From NCBI GenBank assembly GCA_039621445.1, contig CP154954.1:13572716-13636715 (forward strand): a DNA stretch of 64,000 nt. The letters are read 5' to 3'. Each line of letters starts with the position of its first letter. Position 1 is the stretch's first letter. The DNA is from Euglena gracilis (Eukaryota). Shown piece after piece: positions 23,249-35,500 of the stretch. A model generated the notes under the pieces. It worked only from the letters and a program-made list of their open reading frames with translations, did no database searches and had not been told where the DNA came from. A program made the translations under genes and the position numbers.

Positions 23249-24360
23249 CGGTGGTGGGGCGAACCGAATACACCGACCAGTTGCACCCCCTACTGGGTTT
23301 GAGTGTTCAGGGGGGAGGGAGGCTATGTACAGATGGTGAAACCCCATGGGTAGTCAAAGGGGTAGCAGCGGCCAGGGAGGCTGTGCAAAGCGGAAGATAC
23401 AACGGGTTCGGAGCGTTGAGTGCTTTAGGCGCGGGGGTGTGGTAGGGAGCGGTGTGAGGGGAGCGCTTGGTGTTCAGTCAGGTGCGCGTGGTTTGTGTTT
23501 TGTGTGTGTGTGTTTTTTCCTGTGGGCTGCTTTGGCCTGTGCTTCTCCTTGGGTGTTACTAGTGTTTGCTTTTTGTCCCCTTGCTTCCGGGTTTGTTCCC
23601 GGTTTGTCAGGGATGCGTGCTGTTGTTGCCAATATCTTGACGACCTGCCTCATCAGGGAGATGGACAGTTGTTCGTGCAGTTCGTTGCTTTAATGTGGCG
23701 TTGTTCTCCCTCATGCCAGGAAGCTGCTCTATGAATTATTCTTTTGATATTTTTGGCGCCTTCAGGTCCACATCCACCCCATGTGCCAAAGGCAGCTGTT
23801 GCAAAACTCCAGCCTGCCTTTTGGCACGGTTCATCATATTTGTCATGTTTTTGTTTTTCTTTTTGTTTCAGGAAGGGTTTCCATTTTTTCTTTGCCTTGT
23901 CGGTTTGCGTTTTGCCAACTGTGGACCACTGTGAGGTCGAAGGCAGTGGGTTGGCCATTATCCCAGGCAGATAGCAGCAAGTCAGCGGGTCTGAGGTGTT
24001 GGTCTGGTTGATTTGGGATTTGTACTTCCTTGGTTAACCCCTGTCCAGAGATCCGGAGAATTTCAAACAATTTGTCTTGCAGGGCGTTGTGTCTCTCAGA
24101 ATAGTTGTTGCAATTACAACAAAGTACGTGATCTCCCCAATCATCGACTGTTGAGTTGCAACCTGGACATTGGGGTGCGTTTTGGGAGTGCAGCAGCTGT
24201 ACCCCGAGCCACCACTTCAATGAGAGGATGTATTCCTCCGATGACATGCTTGTGTGAAGTGTAGGCAGGGGTGTTGCCCACATCCATGCTGAAAACAGTC
24301 CATTCTATGTTTCTGACAGACGCGCTTGGTCTCGTGGTTGGCGGGCCGAGTTTAGTTTGT
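23249..24360 (-). mobile_element. 5'-truncated CRE-like copy (CCHC, RLE, 3' UTR, 3' motif)
   Basis: LKWWLG, CPGC...GDHVLCC...RHN, LRPADLLL, FGTWGG; motif at 23249-23349. Confidence 0.88.
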
Positions 24361-24404
24361 CCGGTGCTGCGCGGTGAAGGTGAGTTGTCCACCAATGTTG
24401 TGAT

Positions 24405-25019
24405 TATCGATTGGCCCGATGAGTTGCACAGCCTACTGGATTTGTGTGTTCAGGGGAGTCGGAGGCTATGTACAGATGAGGCAACCCCATGGTCAGGCAG
24501 TGGGGACAAGTGTGCGGGAGGGAAGCGGGCAAGACCCAACTTCCATATAAGGCGGAGGGGAGGGCAGGGCGGTGCGTCCCGTTGTCTGGTTTCGTGGTCC
24601 GCGGGTGTGGGAGAGGTGGGGGGCGGGTTGGTTGTTGTCTTCTGCTTCTTGTTTTCTTCTTTTCTCTTTCTTCTGCTCTGCTGCTGTTTTTTTTTTGGTC
24701 AACGGAGCAGGTGCTTGGGTTGCAGGAGGTGGAAAACCTCTCGTAGCAGGGAGATGGCCACGTTCTGGTAGATTTCCGCCTCCTTGATTTCGCGCTCGGC
24801 TCCCTGTTGCCAGGACGAGGCACGTTTGGCCACTCTGCTTAGTGTCTTGGCCGTTTCAGGGCCCGTGCCGCCCCACGTCCCCAGGGCGAACAGCGTGAAG
24901 CCCCACCCTGCTTGCTGGCAGGGGATGGTGTACTTCGGTTTCTTGGCCTCCTCCCTTCTCTTTAGGAAGGACCTCCAGCGCTCGCGGGTGGCATTGTGTT
25001 CTGTGGTCTGCCATCCGTG
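24405..25019 (-). mobile_element. 3' end of non-LTR element D, separated from its body by Gypsy B
   Basis: HGWQTTEH...LGTWGG continues ...STALDVTVCHG at 40512; 3' motif at ~24407-24492. Confidence 0.9.
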
Positions 25020-25818
25020 TGTGTTCCAGGCACGATCCCAGCTCTGTAGGAAACCTGCAGAGTCTGGATCCGTCACAATCTGACGGCTGTGATGAACACA
25101 GCCTGACGATCGTGGCAGATCCCTATGGGAATTAGCGACACGTATCAGACGTGCTCGCGTGATCTCTTTTCCTCACAGGTGGTATTATATTCTTCACATT
25201 CTGACTGTTTTGAAGTAAGAGGATAAACCTCTGAAAAGACTGAACACGACTGTGAAGGAAAATCCTTACACAGCGACTTGTCTTGTTCTCTGCCTCAGCA
25301 TAGGGGAATTGGGCAAAAGGGTTTTGTTACTCCAAGGATTTTTACTCACCTAAGTAGGTGCGCACCGGGAGAAAGCGAAACAAGCTTTTCCGGGGCGAAA
25401 GGGGACAAAGGGAAGTCCTTGGACGTACACTTGGTAGCAGAATTAGGTCACGATCCTACACATACTTCACAAACAAAGAGCTATCAAGTATTACACTGTC
25501 ACAACACATTTCTGATGAGGAAATTGCTCCCCCGCTCGAAAATTCGAGTCTTCACCAACAAATTCAACATTCCAACCTTGTACGAGGAATGAGCCAACAC
25601 CCCACACCTGGTATTGGTCATGTATCGCATTCGCGATCATACCAACCATCAATGGGTTCTGGATTACCAGATCACCCATCGGGTTTTCGGCGGGAAACCC
25701 GCCCCACCGGAGAATTTCACCAAATGTTTCGCAATTCCCGCAAGAAAATCCTGCCACCCTTACACTTGGTGCGGGAAATCCTGCACGGGGTTCACATGGA
25801 GCGGAAAATCCGCGGAAC

Positions 25819-27135
25819 GTGTTTGGTGTTAAGAATTACCTGGACCCAAACCCCTGGAATACCACCGAGGGTCAACGGGTTACTCAGAGAGACTTCAAGG
25901 GCACCATCGCAATCGCGAACAAGGTGAAACCCCAATGGGACGGGGATCCAACCACATGGAGACAATTTTTTCGGGACTGGGAGTACTATTGGGCACTCAA
26001 GGGACCCACCCAAGACCCGAATCCCGAGGTAGTCAAGATGTAATTCATCCATTGCCTACCAAGGGAGGAGCGAGAACGCGCACGCAATTTGGTGATACGT
26101 AATGGCGTATCATTCGATGACCTGGTTGAGCAATACGCTTCAACCAACTCAAGTTTGGTCACCAGGATTACCCTGGAGAAGAAATGGCGACAATCCGCGC
26201 CACCGGATCGCAAATGGAAATCCATTGACCTTTGGTATGCCAAATGGTTAGCACTTGCTTCCGAAGTTGATGAACTTAGCGAGAAGCAAATGCGCGAACA
26301 ATTCGATGCGGTTTTCTTGCATTTCATACCATCTCTCCTGAAGGACATCCATCGCGAGGAGTTGGCAGGGCATGAGATGAGTCTTGCCCAACGTTGGAAT
26401 TATGTGTCAAAGCAACTCAAGCTCCAACAAGTTATGGGACAAATACAGTCCGCTTTCCAATCACATCGCACCGCGGGAGTCCCTGCGGGTGCGGTAAATG
26501 CGTTGCAAAAATCACTCATGTCACCGAGATCACCCACCACGGGATCGAAAACGCGGAATCAGCGTTCTTCGGACCAAGGCACGGATAAACTGTGCTTTTT
26601 GTGCAACCAATCTGGTCACAAGTCTCGGGAATGCCCGAATCCCGATGCGCGAAAGCGTATTGGAAGCCCTAGGGGCTCGACCTCCTCACGGGGATCGGGT
26701 TCCTCGGCGTTTTCACGACAATCGGGAGTTTCACGTTCTTCGGAGAACCGCTTTAGCGGTAGTAGGCCCAAGTCACCATCGCGTGATGGTCGGGAAACCT
26801 GTCCTTCTCGCGGTCGGTCACCTGGCCCCCCTACCCGAAAACGGGATTTCAATGGCGACTCTTCACGATCTCGTTCGCAAAGTGGATCATCCTCTTCGTG
26901 TGAGTCATCGGGGAAACCCCGGTATACCGGTCATGGTCGACGGGAAAACCGTTCACCACGACGGTTTGACGGAAGAACGGAATACCGTTCCCCCCGTTAT
27001 GCAGAATCCCGCCACAAATCCCGTTGTACACTTTGCGGTTCCAAAGACCACCACTCATCCAAATGTCCAAGATCTCGTTCCCCCCGGCCCGGCTACGGAA
27101 ATCGCGGTAAACGCCGCGAGGACGGTGGTTACTGA
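25819..27135 (+). CDS. gag: Gag of element B (premature stop at 26041-26043)
   Basis: PQWDGDPTTWRQF capsid-like motif, CFLCNQSGHKSREC and CTLCGSKDHHSSKC knuckles, RS-rich tail. Confidence 0.88.
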
Positions 27136-27368
27136 TCCAACCGGCAAAAAGTCGGTTTCAAGATTTCTTGTTTGGAGGACCACACCCCGGCTTCGGGCAG
27201 GGAGGGGGATGAGACCTCGGACGGGGAATTTAATGACGCCCGAATGGCGGTGCGCTCATTGAATTCCATCTATTCCACCAAAAATCCGTTGCCGGCTATG
27301 CGGCCGGTTCAGACTTGGAGTAGGGGAGCCCGAGGTTCGAGGGCACGGACCTCTGGGCTGATGAACAG

Positions 27369-29789
27369 ATGGAGGTAAGGCCTGATCAACCTTGCCCCCC
27401 CTGCACATCCGCCTTCACGGTCTGTACCCGGAATTATTTCGGGTCCCCTACCCCCCACTCCACATTTCCGCTCGTAATGCTGAGGAAAGTAGGAAATGGT
27501 TCATGCGAAAGCTGGCATGCAAACGTATTTCTGCCAGACCCTTCACTTTGCGTACCACCAACGGAATTACTCGTCCAAGCGGAAATCCGCATTCAAAATT
27601 TCTCCACCAAAGTTAAAATTTTAATTGACACTGGTTGTCGCATTGCACTGCTTTTTTGGTTGGGGTTGATACCGACCCCGCTCTTGGTAAGCGCCAAGAA
27701 ACCGATCAAAATTTCAACCGCGGATAACACCCCCATGTGCGGTGGTGATTTGGGATGTGTGCTCGAGATACTCTTGCCCATCATCCCCAAGCATCACTCA
27801 CACCCCCCACAATTACAACATTTCACCAACATTTTTGGTTACGAGTCCAGAATTCACGGGTCTGACGTAATTTTGGGATACCCATTTTTACGCCAGTACC
27901 GATTGGTTGTGGATTGCAACTCCCACGGTTTGCGCACAGCACCCACCACTTCATTGACACCCAAACCACCATCACCGTTGGCATCCACTATGACGACCAC
28001 CACTTTTCCAACACCGTTACCCACAATGGCAACACCGTTATCCACCACACCAACAACCGTTTTCCACACCCGGGGTACGGAGAAAGCCTCCCCCCTACCC
28101 AATGACACACCTACATGCGTTCCACACGAGGTAGGGCAAGCGAGTAGCAGTACCCCCGCCGTTTCACTGGGTTACAAGACGAAAGCCCAAAGGCCTGAAG
28201 TAATTACGGTGTCGAGTAGTCGCCCAGCTACACCACCACTCCGTTTCCCACCAGTTGTGCCGAATCCAGGCACACCTGTACAAGACTCACCGGCTAATGC
28301 CATCGACACCCACTTATATGCACACCCGACACACCATCACACTTCCTACCAATGTGTGCACTGCAGGAGAATTTCCACCCAATCGGATTTCGATTGTGGA
28401 TGTTTAGTTGAAAATCCGACACTAATCGCTATTCCGAATACGGAATCCACACCCAAGGATACACTTGGTTGTAGCCCGCAATGCGCGGAGATACACCGAG
28501 TACTCCAACAACGCGGATTAGCCTCGTTGTTCGGAAACGCGAAAAGCGTCATTCCTTCCATTAACCGCGATCACACTTGGTACGGATTTGATGCGGAATG
28601 GGGAAATCCCCAACCTGTCCAAACTCCCTTGGGATTAACCCTTGAGGTAGTGGAAGACAGCCCGCATGTTTTTGGATCCATTCATTGTGTTTCTTCACTC
28701 CAACCCGGAATGCGGGTGCATGAATACGCGAAACGCGTATGGAATGCTTTCAATTTTGGTCAATATCGCATTTTGGAACGATGGTTTTCTAAAGTCGCGA
28801 CATTGGCCGATTCTTTTGATTTGGCATTGGAAATCGATGCCTTTTCATCCAATGCACATGCCCCGTCATTGCCACGTCATTGATCACAACACTCCAACGC
28901 ATGTGATAAATTTTGGGGTGATACGGTGTTATGGATGCACCCTCCCCCAAAACTTATCGGATGTGTGGTTGAGAAAATTCTGCGAGATGAAGCCCGTGGA
29001 GTTATTCTCATACCCATCATTCCGGATGCGGAATGGTTCACCCAACTATCGTACGTGTGTTTTCATTGGTGGGATTTACCCACTAATGTACCGATTTTTG
29101 AGGATTTTTGTGGTAAAATGTTACCACCCTTGCAAGAAATCATTTTTCAGCGTATGTTTCTTGGATGCATTCGGAATGTCCGAATTCGCGGTGCCGAGGA
29201 AGATCGGTAGCCCCAGGGATACCCTGGTGGTTTCCGCAGTCGTCGAGAGTGCAGGTCAGCATCCTAAGTCAGAAGAATTCTATTCGCGGATCACCCGCGA
29301 CTTTCACGGTGTGCTGGAAAATCCAGTATACGCGTGCGACATCGACCCCGCGGTACGCGGTCCGTTCGGTGTTTGTAAGATCGAGCTTAAGGAAGGAGCT
29401 AAACCTATGCACCGGAAAATTTTTCGTTGTTCGGGAGAACGCGAACAAGCTCTCAATGAAATGATTGAGAGGCTTATTCAGCGCAAGTGGATTGTCCCCT
29501 CGAAAAGCGAGTGGACATCCCAGGCATTTGTTGTTCCTAAACCCCCAGACCCCTCAGGTCAGAAGAAATGGAGACTGGTGTTGGATTACGGTACCTGAAC
29601 TCCCAAACAAGGGATGATCCCTTCCCGGTCCCCCTGATCACGGATTTGATCACCAAACAATCGGAAAACCGGTTGTGGTCAATTTTCGATCTGTAGGACG
29701 GTTTTCACCAAATGCACTTGCACCCTGACTCACAACCATACACGGCATTCGTGACATCCAAGGGTGTGTACCAATGAACGGTACTCCCC
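27369..29789 (+). pseudogene. pol: Pol 5' part of element B: protease, N6-MTase-like remnant (~28760-29150), RT N-terminus; frameshifts and stops
   Basis: ILIDTGC; LEIDAFSS then LWMHPPPKLIGCVVEKILRDEARGVILIP...W; KWRLVLDY. Confidence 0.85.
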
Positions 29790-32408
29790 ATGGGTGTTAA
29801 GAATGGCCCAGCCATGTTTCAACGCATGTTACAATGGGTTTTATGCGATTTACCGTTTGCCATTGCGTACATTGATGATGTGCCGGTGGGAACACCACCG
29901 CCATCCGCAAAATCGAGCGAGGATATCCTCGCCACACACTTCCACCATGTTTGCGCGGTATTAACCGCCTTTCAAAAACATGTGCTTTTTGCGAAAGGCA
30001 CGAAAATGCATTTGTTTCGGATACTTACAAAATTTTGTGGTCACATCCTCAACAATGGACAGCGGAAAGCCGCTCCGAGTAAACTCGAATCCATTAAGAA
30101 ATGGACCCCTGAGGTAATCAAAACGATTTCTCACCTCAAAGGATTTTTGGGATTAGCCCAATATTACGCGATATATATGAAGGACTTCGCGAACATCGCG
30201 GTGCCCCTCACCAAACAGCTCAAAAACCGGGCTGTTGACAATACCAAAGTCATTTGGGATAACCAAATGCGTGAGACCCTTGAGAAAATCAAGGTTTTGC
30301 TTTTGGTGAATGTTGTCCTCGAAATCGCGGACCCATACAAACCATACGTTCTGGAAGTCGACAGCAGCGATTACGCTGTTGGCGGAGTTCTTAGCCAGCA
30401 AAACGCGGCGAATGAACTCCGGCCTGTGGCTTTCTTCAGCCGAAAGCTACAGGGCGACGATGAAAAAGGTCAAGTCAAGTGGAGTATACGCGAGAAGGAG
30501 ACCTACGCAATCGTGCTTATACTCCATAAATTTCGCAGCTGGGTTGCCAGTAGCCTCGTCCAGATCCTCGTCAAGACCGATCATGAGAGTCTCCAACACT
30601 GGTACACCGAGGACTTGAACAAGGCCATGTCATCGGTCAGAAGGCGATGCAGATGGCATGAGTTCTTGAGTCAATTCCACCTTGTGGTTATTTATACCCC
30701 TGGTCACACACAAAAAGTAGCGGATCCGCTCAGTCGGGCCCCTTGGTATTACCCTGGGTACCTGGATGAGAGAGACCCGACTTTTCACGGAAGTCAGGAA
30801 GCTGACGAATACGCACGTCGAAACGACGCTGCGGACAATCTTTTGGATTATTTTCCCATTTCACAACTATTCCTGGTCGCACCAGTGCGCGGAAGGCGCC
30901 GACGTGGAAGCACGTCCGGACCCCGGCGTATTACGCGTACGGAGTCCCCTTCCCCACTGTTCTTTCGCGAATGGGATTATAGTCGTGATCCGGCGTATGA
31001 CACCATTGTCACCAGACTTCGTACTGGCGAAGTGCTGGACAATTACACTCTTTTTCGCAATGAATCGGGTTCCAAATATTGTATCCCCCAGGACCTGGTT
31101 GATGATGTGATTTTGTGCTATCACAACCACGGTCACCCTGGGGCCCCCAAACTTCTTTCGTTGGTGGGCCGCAGGTATTGCACAACCCTGAGCGAGAAAG
31201 AGCTTTACTCACGCTGTTTGCGAATAGCGCAACGGTGTCAAATTTGTCAAGCGGTAAAACCCCGCAGAGGTACCCCCCCTGGTACGATGGACTTTTTCCC
31301 CGTACCCCCTGACATTTTTACATCCCTCTGCATGGTTTTTCTGGAATTAGAACCGTGCAAAGGAACGGACGACAAAATTTACGATTACGTTTTTGTTGTC
31401 GTCTGCAGGCTGAGTGGGTACATTGTAGCCATTCCATGCCAGAAGTCAGGGTTGACTGCCCAAAGTTTGGCAACTATATTTTTGGAGAAATGCTTTTCCT
31501 TAATGGGATTACCGAATGAAATCGTGAGTGATCAAGACCATTTGATTTCTTCAAGGTTTTTCACCACTTTGTGCGGTTTACTCGGAATCGAGCAATATTT
31601 AACCATTATATACCGACCCAAAGGCAATGGTAGAGCCGAGGCAGCCGTGAAATCCGTCGTGAATATGCTTCGGCTTTCACTGGCTGACTCGCGCGGCAAC
31701 TGGATATCAGTGCTACCATGGTCTTTGTTTTATATCAATACCCTACCAGAGTTGGTTTTACCACACTCCCCCTATAAATTTGTTTTCGGACGGGACCCTC
31801 CGGCCATAGGGGATGTCCCTTCGGACAGACCCGCCCGAACGAGTGTCAGTTGCGAGCCCTGGTTTGCCGAAGTAGAAAATCTACGTTCTGCAATCCAGAA
31901 GCGCGTCACTGAAATTCATGCAACTAAACGGAAATGGTTTTTGCAGAATTTCCAGTCACCTGTGTATAGTCCCGGTGACCGCGTGTGGGTGCGGAATAGC
32001 CGTACTCGCATGCAGTCTTCCAAGCTGGACCCCCTCTGGCTCGGCCCCTGTGAAATCCTAGAAAGACTAGGTACCAGCGGGCGTTACAAGGTGGCATTAC
32101 CGAATGGTGTTGAGGACGTTCATATGGACGACTTCAAGCCATACCTGTCGCCACCGGATGGGAAACCCATCCCGTGCCTGCACTTCAAACCCCGTTCCAG
32201 ATTACCTGAGACGGACGACTTTGTAGTCGATAAAATTATCGATCACAAAATCGACAAAGGTATGCACCTTTGGAAGGTCCGCTGGAAAGGGTATGGGCCC
32301 GACGAGGACACTTGGGAGCAAGCAACCAGTTTTGTTGGGTATGTCCAGCAAGATTGGAAGCTGTGGAACAAGAAGCATAACATTGATGTTTCCATGACAA
32401 GTTTTTGA
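29790..32408 (+). CDS. pol: Pol 3' part of element B: RT, RNase H, integrase, intact chromodomain
   Basis: YIDD, VDSSDYAVGG, YHNHGH...CQIC, VSDQD, NGRAE, FVVDKIIDHK...KVRWKGYGPDEDTWE. Confidence 0.95.
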   Translation: MGVKNGPAMFQRMLQWVLCDLPFAIAYIDDVPVGTPPPSAKSSEDILATHFHHVCAVLTAFQKHVLFAKGTKMHLFRILTKFCGHILNNGQRKAAPSKLESIKKWTPEVIKTISHLKGFLGLAQYYAIYMKDFANIAVPLTKQLKNRAVDNTKVIWDNQMRETLEKIKVLLLVNVVLEIADPYKPYVLEVDSSDYAVGGVLSQQNAANELRPVAFFSRKLQGDDEKGQVKWSIREKETYAIVLILHKFRSWVASSLVQILVKTDHESLQHWYTEDLNKAMSSVRRRCRWHEFLSQFHLVVIYTPGHTQKVADPLSRAPWYYPGYLDERDPTFHGSQEADEYARRNDAADNLLDYFPISQLFLVAPVRGRRRRGSTSGPRRITRTESPSPLFFREWDYSRDPAYDTIVTRLRTGEVLDNYTLFRNESGSKYCIPQDLVDDVILCYHNHGHPGAPKLLSLVGRRYCTTLSEKELYSRCLRIAQRCQICQAVKPRRGTPPGTMDFFPVPPDIFTSLCMVFLELEPCKGTDDKIYDYVFVVVCRLSGYIVAIPCQKSGLTAQSLATIFLEKCFSLMGLPNEIVSDQDHLISSRFFTTLCGLLGIEQYLTIIYRPKGNGRAEAAVKSVVNMLRLSLADSRGNWISVLPWSLFYINTLPELVLPHSPYKFVFGRDPPAIGDVPSDRPARTSVSCEPWFAEVENLRSAIQKRVTEIHATKRKWFLQNFQSPVYSPGDRVWVRNSRTRMQSSKLDPLWLGPCEILERLGTSGRYKVALPNGVEDVHMDDFKPYLSPPDGKPIPCLHFKPRSRLPETDDFVVDKIIDHKIDKGMHLWKVRWKGYGPDEDTWEQATSFVGYVQQDWKLWNKKHNIDVSMTSF

Positions 32409-32569
32409 GAACACATGGGAAAACCATGTTGTTTTCTCTTCTTTTTATCATTGATTCTTAGCATTCTTTCTTTCCGCAGACTTTTTAGCCAATAATACTC
32501 AAGCGGTTACCCTTACAAACTCACAACCAACAACCCAACCAACCCACCGTACCGACCCCGGGCGGTATC

Positions 32570-35500
32570 ATGCTGCCCGGGGGAAGGGAGCCAGGCGGAG
32601 GACCGCCTTACCACCCCACCACTCACCCTCAACCTGACCAGTACGCGTACCGATACGGTACGCAGCCACCTGCACGGACAGCGGCTCAGGGAAACCCTGA
32701 AGCCAGCAGCAGTAGCAGGATGACCCCGATGTCCGCGGAAGCGCGGTCATCTCAGCCATCAGGCTCCCGTCGCCTCCCACCGTATGCGGGTGTGATGATC
32801 CACCGCACGGCGGAGACGATGAGCCGGGTTATGCGTATGAGCGCAAACCCGGCACCAGACCACCTCACCCAGGCATTGTGGGATGACCACTGCCGTAAAA
32901 TTTTGACCATCACGAATACCCCTCCAGCCCTGTGGTGTATGTGCGCCCAGGCGACGATGACCGATTTAGTGTATTACACCGACCCGGACACGTCGGGATT
33001 CGCGGCGGACATTACCATGCGTGACCTGGGCGTGGAAGTCCCGCCACAGGTAGCACGGCAAGTACCAACAGTTGGCACTTACACCGCACATTTTCGTGCT
33101 CACTCCCCCGGATTACCCGAGGAAGAGACAGTGGAAGCACCTGTCCGGAGAGAACACCCACGTGTGAAAGAAAGTATTTTTTGATCCCCTGAGTGCATGC
33201 CCCGGCGGGATTATCCTGCGCAGGAGCATGTGTCTCAGTACACCGTCTCTGGGGATTATCCCCAGGAGGCACCAATGCCACGGGATCAGTACGTGTATCC
33301 ACCTCAACCGCACCCAACTATACCTGACCCTGTGCCACGACGTCCTGTGGAGGGAAACCCTACCCCGAAGTCTGACACTGCCCGAAGCGTTCGCCCGCGG
33401 GAAGCCGCGGCAGCGCCTCGTGCGGCACCGGTTCCACAGGTACGGGATGAACCCGTCAACCCGTGGACTGATCGGCCGTTCGATACCGAGGAGGAGCGTC
33501 AACAGTATGAATATGCTGTGACGATCCAACGACAAATCGCACGTCGCTGGCCAGGGATACCCTGCCCGGGCGGAAATGACGAGAGAAGAGCGCCAGCAGT
33601 ATGATGCTGCTGTGTCGGCTCTCACAGGAGTCCCAGCTCCATCATGATCAAGTCAGCCAGTGCGACAGCAGGACGTTGCTGTGGCGGAAGCGCCATCAGC
33701 ACGACCCACAAGCTCTGCCGCCGGCAAGCGTGACCGCGGCCCGGAAAATCTGACGCCGCAGCCACAGCGCCGCTCGCTGAGGTCGGAAAATCCGCCCGCG
33801 GCGATGCACGTCGACGCTGAGGAGGAAGCTCCGCCAGCGCCAGACGTGACGGCGGAACGGGCACGTCGGGAAACCCGACCACCCCCGGTCGCACCGGTTT
33901 ACTCGAATCGTGGTGACGCTGAGCAGGAATTTGCTCGAACGCCCAGCACGGAATCCGTGACTTACCCTGCGTTTACACCAGAAGACCGAGAATACTGGTA
34001 CTACTGGGCGGCATTCGAATGGCTGTCTAACACAAAGGGTAAGGGGAAAGGTAAAGGCAAGGGTAAGGGAAAAGGAAAAGGCCAGGAGAAAGGTGAAAAA
34101 GCCCCACCTGGCAAAGGCGCAAAAGCCGCCTGGTCCGCTCCAGGCAAAGGCGGAAAATCTGCCGGACCCCCAGCAGGCAAAGGCGGAAAAGCCGCCGATC
34201 CTTCGAAAACGAAGGACTATGACGTTGCCTCGGTGTTCAAGTACCCTGAGGAGATCTGGCCGAAAATCGACGAAGATCTCCAAAAGTTCACAAAAGCAGG
34301 CAACGTGATCCACCGACCACCGGATGCGGTGCTCGAAGTGGTGCAGAATCGTATGAACGATCACTGCAAACTTTTTTTCTACAGCTCCGAACTTCACGCT
34401 TTTGAGGGATACCCTCATTCGAATGAAGTTGTCCTGGACCGGATGCCCGGTTTCTGGGAGCTGTGGTTCTGGTTGGGATACCCCTGCCAGAATTTCGGCA
34501 TTTTTACCGACCGAAACGGTCTGACGTATATCGATTGTATGAATACTTGTGAACACGACGAAACATTCGTCGCAAAGCTGAAGGAAATCTTCACGCACAT
34601 GTATTCCGTTGGAGCACTGGGAATCCAGTGGAAGTATTACCCCCTGCCGGAGAAACTCCAGGCGCAGGCCGCGGTAATGTTCACGTGCAATCTCCAGGTA
34701 TACTTGGACAGCATGTATGGCACGCTGTTCAAGGTACTGGACGTCAACACCCCCAGCGGTACAAACTGGAATGCCAGTTTTGCAAAGAAGTTCACATTGT
34801 TGACTTCTGGGGTTTCGGAGAACGCGGAAACCCGCCTCCGACTGCCGAGAATGCCGGCAGCCAGCCGACCAGGAGATTCCTCCTGCATCAGTGCCGGAAT
34901 CCCAATATCGGAACGCAAGATCGCAAGGTGCTGAAACTGCACCGGCAGAAAATATTTCTGTGTATATCTACTACCTGGAATACATGACCGCTGATGTGGA
35001 TATCCACAGAAGGTGGTTACCTCGGGGATACACCGAGGTAGACGCCAGACCCAATGATCCAGACCACCGCGGATGAACCTGCGGCCGGATTGGCATGAGG
35101 CCTGAAATCGGCCTCCAGGAGCACCTGGATACCAAGTTCGGGAACATCCTGATCTGGGAAGATTTCCAGATGTTTTTCGCGGCACACGAGGGGAAAGAAC
35201 CTCGTTATGCGTTGCCGCTGCCTGCTTTCCTGGAAGACACAGGAGAATACGGCATGCACGAGAATTGTCGACAGCAGTGGGAAGACCTCTGCCTGATCGA
35301 CGACGACGAGCCGCAACCTCCACCCGGAAGCTGGGTGAGAGCGTCGTGGCCACCCCCATACCCCAACTCTGACAGGAGTGAAAGTATAAGCTTTTACCGC
35401 CTGTCAGATGCCCAAGGGTGCTACAGAAGCGGAAAAGACCCGCGTACTGCAGCACAACTCCACACAGATGACTCCCTTCCGGAAGCGGAGGAGGAGGAAG

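Noticed and set aside
18263-25030. TGTGTTCCAGG (18263-18273, 25020-25030) as a TSD around the non-LTR stack
   Set aside because: Both are LTR starts of related Gypsy elements B' and B; B has its own CCGTG TSD.
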